This document shows positions 58,036-64,000 of a stretch of DNA of 64,000 bases, piece by piece. The first letter of the stretch is position 1; every line of letters starts with the position of its first letter. This DNA is from Eledone cirrhosa. Taxonomy: Eukaryota. The notes beneath the pieces are model-generated. The model was not told the origin of the DNA, searched no databases, and saw only the letters and a list, made by a program, of their open reading frames with translations. The position numbers and the translations under genes are program-made. The DNA is taken from NCBI GenBank assembly GCA_964016885.1, contig OZ024747.1, positions 64,790,001 through 64,854,000 of the forward strand, given 5' to 3'.

Positions 58036-58318
58036 CAAGAACGGACAATTAAAAAGTGAATGTAATTTTTGCCTACACCTCACAGTCCGGTAATTATGTC
58101 TGACTTAGGGGAACAAAAACAGCAGTAATATTTCCACAATCCTCTTCATTAAAAATGCGACATGTTTTTCATTAATTTGAAGATGGTAATTAGTTCCAAT
58201 GTTTCTAATAATTAGGTTGTGCATGTTTGAATAATACAAGATAATTAAACTTTAAATATTCATTCAAAAGTATCGTGTTTGATGTTGATACATATAAACA
58301 TATAACTAGACATAGTAG

Positions 58319-58371
<53 letters not shown>

Positions 58372-58466
58372 ATGGAGGCGGTAAAAACCAGTTAGACCAT
58401 TACTCACCAGAGTACTTGGATCTAGCTGTTGAAACGGTCGGAGCTCAGCCGTCGGGGTTTTGAATT

Positions 58467-58544
<78 letters not shown>

Positions 58545-58662
58545 AACACTTCACACAACGTAAAATATTTTGTTTTAAACATTTCCTAACCCAGAAAAAA
58601 AGAGAAAAAATTAAAGGAAAAAAAAATATTTTTCTTCCTAGTAATCGTATTTTTCTCCCTAT

Positions 58663-58776
<114 letters not shown>

Positions 58777-59304
58777 ATGTGTGTGTGTGTTAATGTATAT
58801 GTTTTTATGTGTATGTATATATATATATGTATGTATGGTTTAATGTTTTTATTCATAGGTATGTGTGTGTGCGCGCGCCTGTGTATGTGCATATATATTT
58901 ATGTATTAATGTGCGTGTGCGTCTGTGTGCTTGTATATATTGCCAAACTCTAGCACATATGTGTGTGTACACAAGTGAATACGTGTAAACGTTAATAAAC
59001 AGGTTTAATGAGAACTAAGTTGCTAATACATCATTTCATGATATCCTATCTCCTACCAAAACACAAATACATAGACACACACACACATACACACACACAC
59101 ACACATACACACGCGCGCACATATATATATACATGTAATCTGAGTTGTTTTATATTAATAATAATATTCGATTCGTTTGCAATTATGCAAATAAATGCAA
59201 ACGAATCAAATATTATTATTAATATTCGAAAAACTCAGATTACATTTATTGTATTCAGCCATGTACAGCAAAAATGTTATACATATATATATATTTATAT
59301 ATAT

Positions 59305-59897
59305 AACGAAGGAAATGTGGGAAGGAACCAGGTGGACCATAACGCACCAAAGTACTCAATACTTAGGGTAGTAGAGTGGGTAATAGGAACGAGTAAGACC
59401 CCGACGGCTGAGCTCAAGCCGTTTCGACGGCTAATTCTGGACTAAATGAAAATTTATCCTGGTATAGAGAAGTCGATGTTGTGTTTTCGCATGGTGCGGG
59501 TGAAAGAAATTGAGCTTAGCGGAAAAGTCTGGATACGGCGTGGTAGGGTCGGAAAGTGCTCTACTACGGGAATAGGAGCTAGATAGCTCAGCCGTCGGGG
59601 TCTTACTTGTTCCTATTACCCACTCTACTACCCTAAGTATTGAGTACTTTGGTGCGTTATGGTCCACCTGGTTCCTTACCACATTTCCTTCGTTATCTAG
59701 CTCCTATTCCCGTAGTAGAGCACTTTCCGACCCTACCACGCCGTATCCAGACTTTTCCGCTAAGCTCAATTTCTTTCACCCGCACCATGCGAAAACACAA
59801 CATCGACTTCTCTATACCAGGATAAATTTTCATTTAGTCCAGAATTAGCCGTCGAAACGGCTTGAGCTCAGCCGTCGGGGTCTTACTCATTCCTATT
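59305..59897. mobile_element. 280-nt unit as a head-to-head, circularly permuted pair in (TA)n; related fragment at ~58370-58463
   Basis: GCTCAGCCGTCGGGGTC at 59586 and 59866; 59305-59585 is one full reverse-complement unit starting at a different phase. Confidence 0.85.
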
Positions 59898-59914
59898 TAT
59901 ATATATATATATAT

Positions 59915-60530
59915 ATTGCGAGGTTTTTTATATGAAATCGTGTGTCGAAACAAATATTGTCATACTTGTGGAGGGTCATATTGTTGTAATAATATTGCCA
60001 GAAATAATAACAGAACACACTCACTGTTTGGTTGGTTTTCGCTACTGTATCTTTTCTATCTGCACAGTTAATTCATTTCGTCCTCAATGTTTATCATTGA
60101 CTGACCAACGGTCAAAAATACAGGTATAAACACATATATATAGTCTAACAAATTTCTTTCGTTGCACCTCTGCAACATCATCAGTGGTACTATTATGTTC
60201 CTCCTGTTGTATTGTATGTCGACGCCATTTTCATTTGGAGGAACATAATAGTACCACTGATGATGTTGCAGATGTGCAGCGAAAGAACTTTGTTAGACTA
60301 TATATATGTGTTTCTATCTGTATTTGTGACCGTTGGTCAGTCAATGATAAACATTGAAGACCAAATGAATTAACTGTGCAGATACAAAAGATACAAAAGC
60401 GAAAACCACCCAAACAGTGAGTGTGTTCTGTTATTATTTCTGGCAATATTATTACAACAATATGACCCTCCCCAAGTATAACAATATTTGTTTCGACACA
60501 CGATTTCTTATAAAAAAAACCTCGCAATAT
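59915..60530. mobile_element. Head-to-head inverted pair (~290-bp arms) with hammerhead-like cores at ~60140-60193 (minus) and ~60248-60301 (plus)
   Basis: CTGATGA t GTTGCA-GATG-TGCAGC GAAA; arms are diverged reverse complements; (TA)n at both ends. Confidence 0.8.
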
Positions 60531-60759
60531 ATATATATATAAATATATATATGTATAAGATTTTTGCTCTACATGGATTTGTATAGACTTTGCAAAAATG
60601 AGGACACCCACACACGCAGACAACATCAGTTTTATATATATAGATATACAAAACCGACTAGATTTCCCGAATGCGCTAATGTGGACATGGCGCAATTCCA
60701 TAGTGTTATCTAGATCAGTGTTTAGATAGGTTTGTCATTAGGTTAACAATTAGGGATAG

Positions 60760-61600
60760 TGTAGGGTGCCCACAGCTGGAAAAGCCGCCTATTCGGACTA
60801 ACAATTTGAGATCTACGTAGTTGATTTATCAGAACGCGTAGACAGGGACCCAGTTACTGGAAGCTTAACGCGTCGCTCCCTGCGTGTAAATCCTGCAGGA
60901 ACCAGATTAGCACATTAGTCTAGCAACAGTAAAAAGCGGTAATCGTCAACAACAGTAAACACGAAGCAATAGGAAAACAATTGCATGGAGAGGGAGAGTT
61001 TATAGTTAAATTAGATAAAGCGATTAGATGTGACATTGCAACCGATGTGTTAGCTGCGTTAATAGCTCTACAACATTTTCGTATTTTCATTGCGAAACAC
61101 GAAGGGTGCATTGTCAGTTCTAAGAAAGATGCTGCAAGACACGGCTGAACTAAAGGTGTTGGATGTGACTCTAGTGACAGCGGTGCAGCGTGGGAGCAAA
61201 GCCACAAGTCTGTCTATGCGGCGGTGCGAGATGAACACGTGCTGTTCGATTCCACGCAGATGTGTGACCTGCTTACCAGCATCACTTTGCATAACTGTAC
61301 GAGGCAGACGAGGGTACAGAGATGATGGAGGACTATATTTTCTACTTCAACGACGTGCCGTGACACTCGACGGAAAATACGGTGTGTTGCAAAATGCGGA
61401 ATGTACGGGAGGTACCAGGCGGCTATACGTGGTGTAAATCACCCGATTTTGATGTTTTACCTTACATATTTTATGTAGACATGTCTGATTGTTCTCCGAT
61501 GTCCTCGAAGTTGTCAATTGCACAGATAGCAGGACAGGAGAACTTCCAGCTCTGTACGTCGGGGTGTAGTGACACTGTTAAGGAAAGACTAGAACAAGCG
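60760..61600 (+). pseudogene. Possible decayed CRE-like RT fragment
   Basis: FIVKLD..IR.D and AVQRG (GVQQG-like) remnants in order; raised GC. Confidence 0.25.
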
Positions 61601-61976
61601 GGGCGTGCGTTATCGAGAATGTACATATATATATGCATATAGTAGTGAAGGCGCGTGACTGAATGGTTAGAGAATTGTATTCTGAATCGTGAGGTTGTGA
61701 GTTTGATTCCTGGACCGGCGATGCGTTATGTCCTTGAACAAGACACATTATTTTATGTTGCTCCTTCTACCTGGAGTTTCAACCGATAGATATTATTAAC
61801 AATTGGAAAGACCAACGGAAAGATTGTTTGCTCGGTGCGATTTTACGAAATTCGATCGACTGTCGATACAATTACTTAGTGACATTTACTTTGAGATATA
61901 GTGGAACACTTTTTGAACTAAGTGTTTAATAAAATGTAGATTTATCTCGGGAGATACTGAGTATAGTTTACGTCAT

Positions 61977-62016
<40 letters not shown>

Positions 62017-62427
62017 TAACGTATTAGAATTAAACTTGCTGTTACTTCTCTGTATTTTTTCCCTCATAACTATGTTCTCGATGATGCTACGAATATCAAT
62101 ATTCTCCTCATACCTACATACTATATACTATACACATATATTATAAATATGTATCTGTCGCACTTAATATATTCGTAATTCTTTTCGATGTAAGATTTTT
62201 GAATATGTAAATTTCAATATTTGAATATTATAGCTATATAATCATTCTATATGTATGCAATATATTTAGTTGTAGTTGTATGAAGCGATTCTGAAAATAT
62301 TCACATTCAGAATCGTTTGTTGACAATAATTTTACTTGCTTGTTTTGTAATTTGCATCTGTTAAGCATATTTGCAGCTGCGAGATAGGGATGGTCCTTAT
62401 TTACAGTACATATCAAAACATGAAGAA

Positions 62428-62502
<75 letters not shown>

Positions 62503-62896
62503 TATATATGTATATACATATAAATGCATATGTATATACATATATATATATATGCATATATGTATATATGCATACATATATACATATGCATACATATATA
62601 CATATGCATACATACATACATATGCATACATGCACATATATATGCATACATACATTCATATGCATACATGCACACATATTTATGCACATATACATTATAT
62701 ATATGTATGTATGTATGCATATATATCTATGCATGTATGTATATGTATGTATGCATGCATGCATATGTTTGTATGCATATGTAAGTATGCATATGTATAT
62801 ATGTATGTATATGTATATATGTATGCATATGTATATATGTATGTATATATGTATGCATATATATATGTGTATGCGTGTATATATATATATATATAT

Positions 62897-64000
62897 AAGC
62901 CTGTAAGATCTTCATCAGGCAGTGACGGACCACAGAATCAAAGGCCTTCCGAAAGTCAATGAAAACGATGACCGCAGGAAGGCACTTTGCTCTAGCTCCC
63001 TCTAATAACCTCCTCAGCATCAGGATGTGACTGGTGGTTGATCTTCCCTCTCTGAAGCCGTTCTGGTTGTCCCTGAGCTTCTTCTCCATCTCAGGCTGGA
63101 TCCTGTTAAGAATCATCCTGTTGAGGGTCTTTGCCGCAAGTGACGTCAGTGAGATCCCCCGGTAGTTGTTGGTGTTAGAGAGATCTCCCTTCTTTGGCAC
63201 TGGGACGATGTTACTGATCCTCCACTGATTCGAGGCAATTCCTTTCTCCAGTGCCTGGTTACAGAACCCCAGGATGATATCATCAAAATCACACCTCTTC
63301 ATCACATCTGATGCCACTCAATCTTCTCCATGAGCCTTTCCCTCCTTGATCTTCTTCTTGGCTCACTGAAGCTCCTCTCTGGTGAAGGGCTCTGTCTCAA
63401 TATCCAGTTCTTCAAACAGCCGCCTGATCTCCCCAGTGCTCTGGGTTGTGGAGGGTGGCTCTCCTCGTAGGGTCCTAAAATGGTCTAGCCATTTCCTCTT
63501 CCTATCCTCGGACCCAGTTCCCTGGATCTGACTCGAGCACCTTCTCTTCCTCCCTGTGATCTGGTTGATGATCATCCAGCTCCCCTTACATGTCAACCAC
63601 TCTCTCCACACTTCTAATCTTCTCTATCAGTGCCTCCTCTCTGGCATCAGTATAAGCGGTACAGAGATCTTCCTTCATCACCTCCACAGTCTCCATGCTC
63701 TCCTCCGTACGATCAGCATAGAATTGGTCTTTGGCAGCTTTCAGGTGTTCTCTGGCTGCACACACTTTTGGGTCTGCAGAGCTGATGTGCTCTTTTTGTT
63801 CTTTCTCCTCGGCCCCAGGGTCTCACTTGCTTCCTCCACTGCATTGGTGAAGTGCCGGTACCTCCTCGTCACACTCTCCTCAGTCCACCCAATGTCTCTC
63901 TCCTCTGTCTCTCCACACAGAGCACTAAACCTGTTTCTCACTTCCACTGTGAACCTCTCCTGTAGCTTATCATCTTCCTTGAATGCTCCCCAGTCATAGA
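62897..64000 (-). mobile_element. RTE-clade LINE ORF fragment (linker + RT N-terminal half), frameshifted, broken at (TA)n, open at window end
   Basis: WRISNIVPVPKKGDLSNTNNYRGISL, QNGFREGRST, FIDFRKAFDSV, EVRNRFSAL. Confidence 0.9.

Noticed and set aside
59330-59385. Twister- or pistol-like reading of the 280-nt unit
   Set aside because: Lacks the conserved loop and pseudoknot nucleotides; better explained as simple hairpins

Overview
AT-rich, microsatellite-laden eukaryotic non-coding DNA. The SINE and microsatellite content suggests a cephalopod such as Octopus (inference). No intact host gene is supported, and most ORF-track entries are translations of (TA)n, (CA)n or (CATA)n repeats. The window is a mosaic of retroelements: two Penelope-like elements (RT + GIY-YIG), RTE/R4/CRE LINE fragments, about 20 tRNA-SINE copies and a non-autonomous Helitron. 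The main signal is that many mutually unrelated short non-coding repeat families (tandem units of about 280, 310, 465 and 500 nt, plus others seen only as partial copies) each carry a type I hammerhead ribozyme (CUGANGA...GAAA) or a variant of it. Most of these families, and both Penelope-like elements, are inserted as head-to-head inverted pairs, with 5' ends meeting at a central junction and 3' ends running out into (TA)n tracts. This looks like a diverse retrozyme/circRNA population mobilised by Penelope-type machinery into TA microsatellites. One 280-nt family keeps only the 3' half of the hammerhead core. All structures were folded by eye; boundaries of degenerate elements are approximate.
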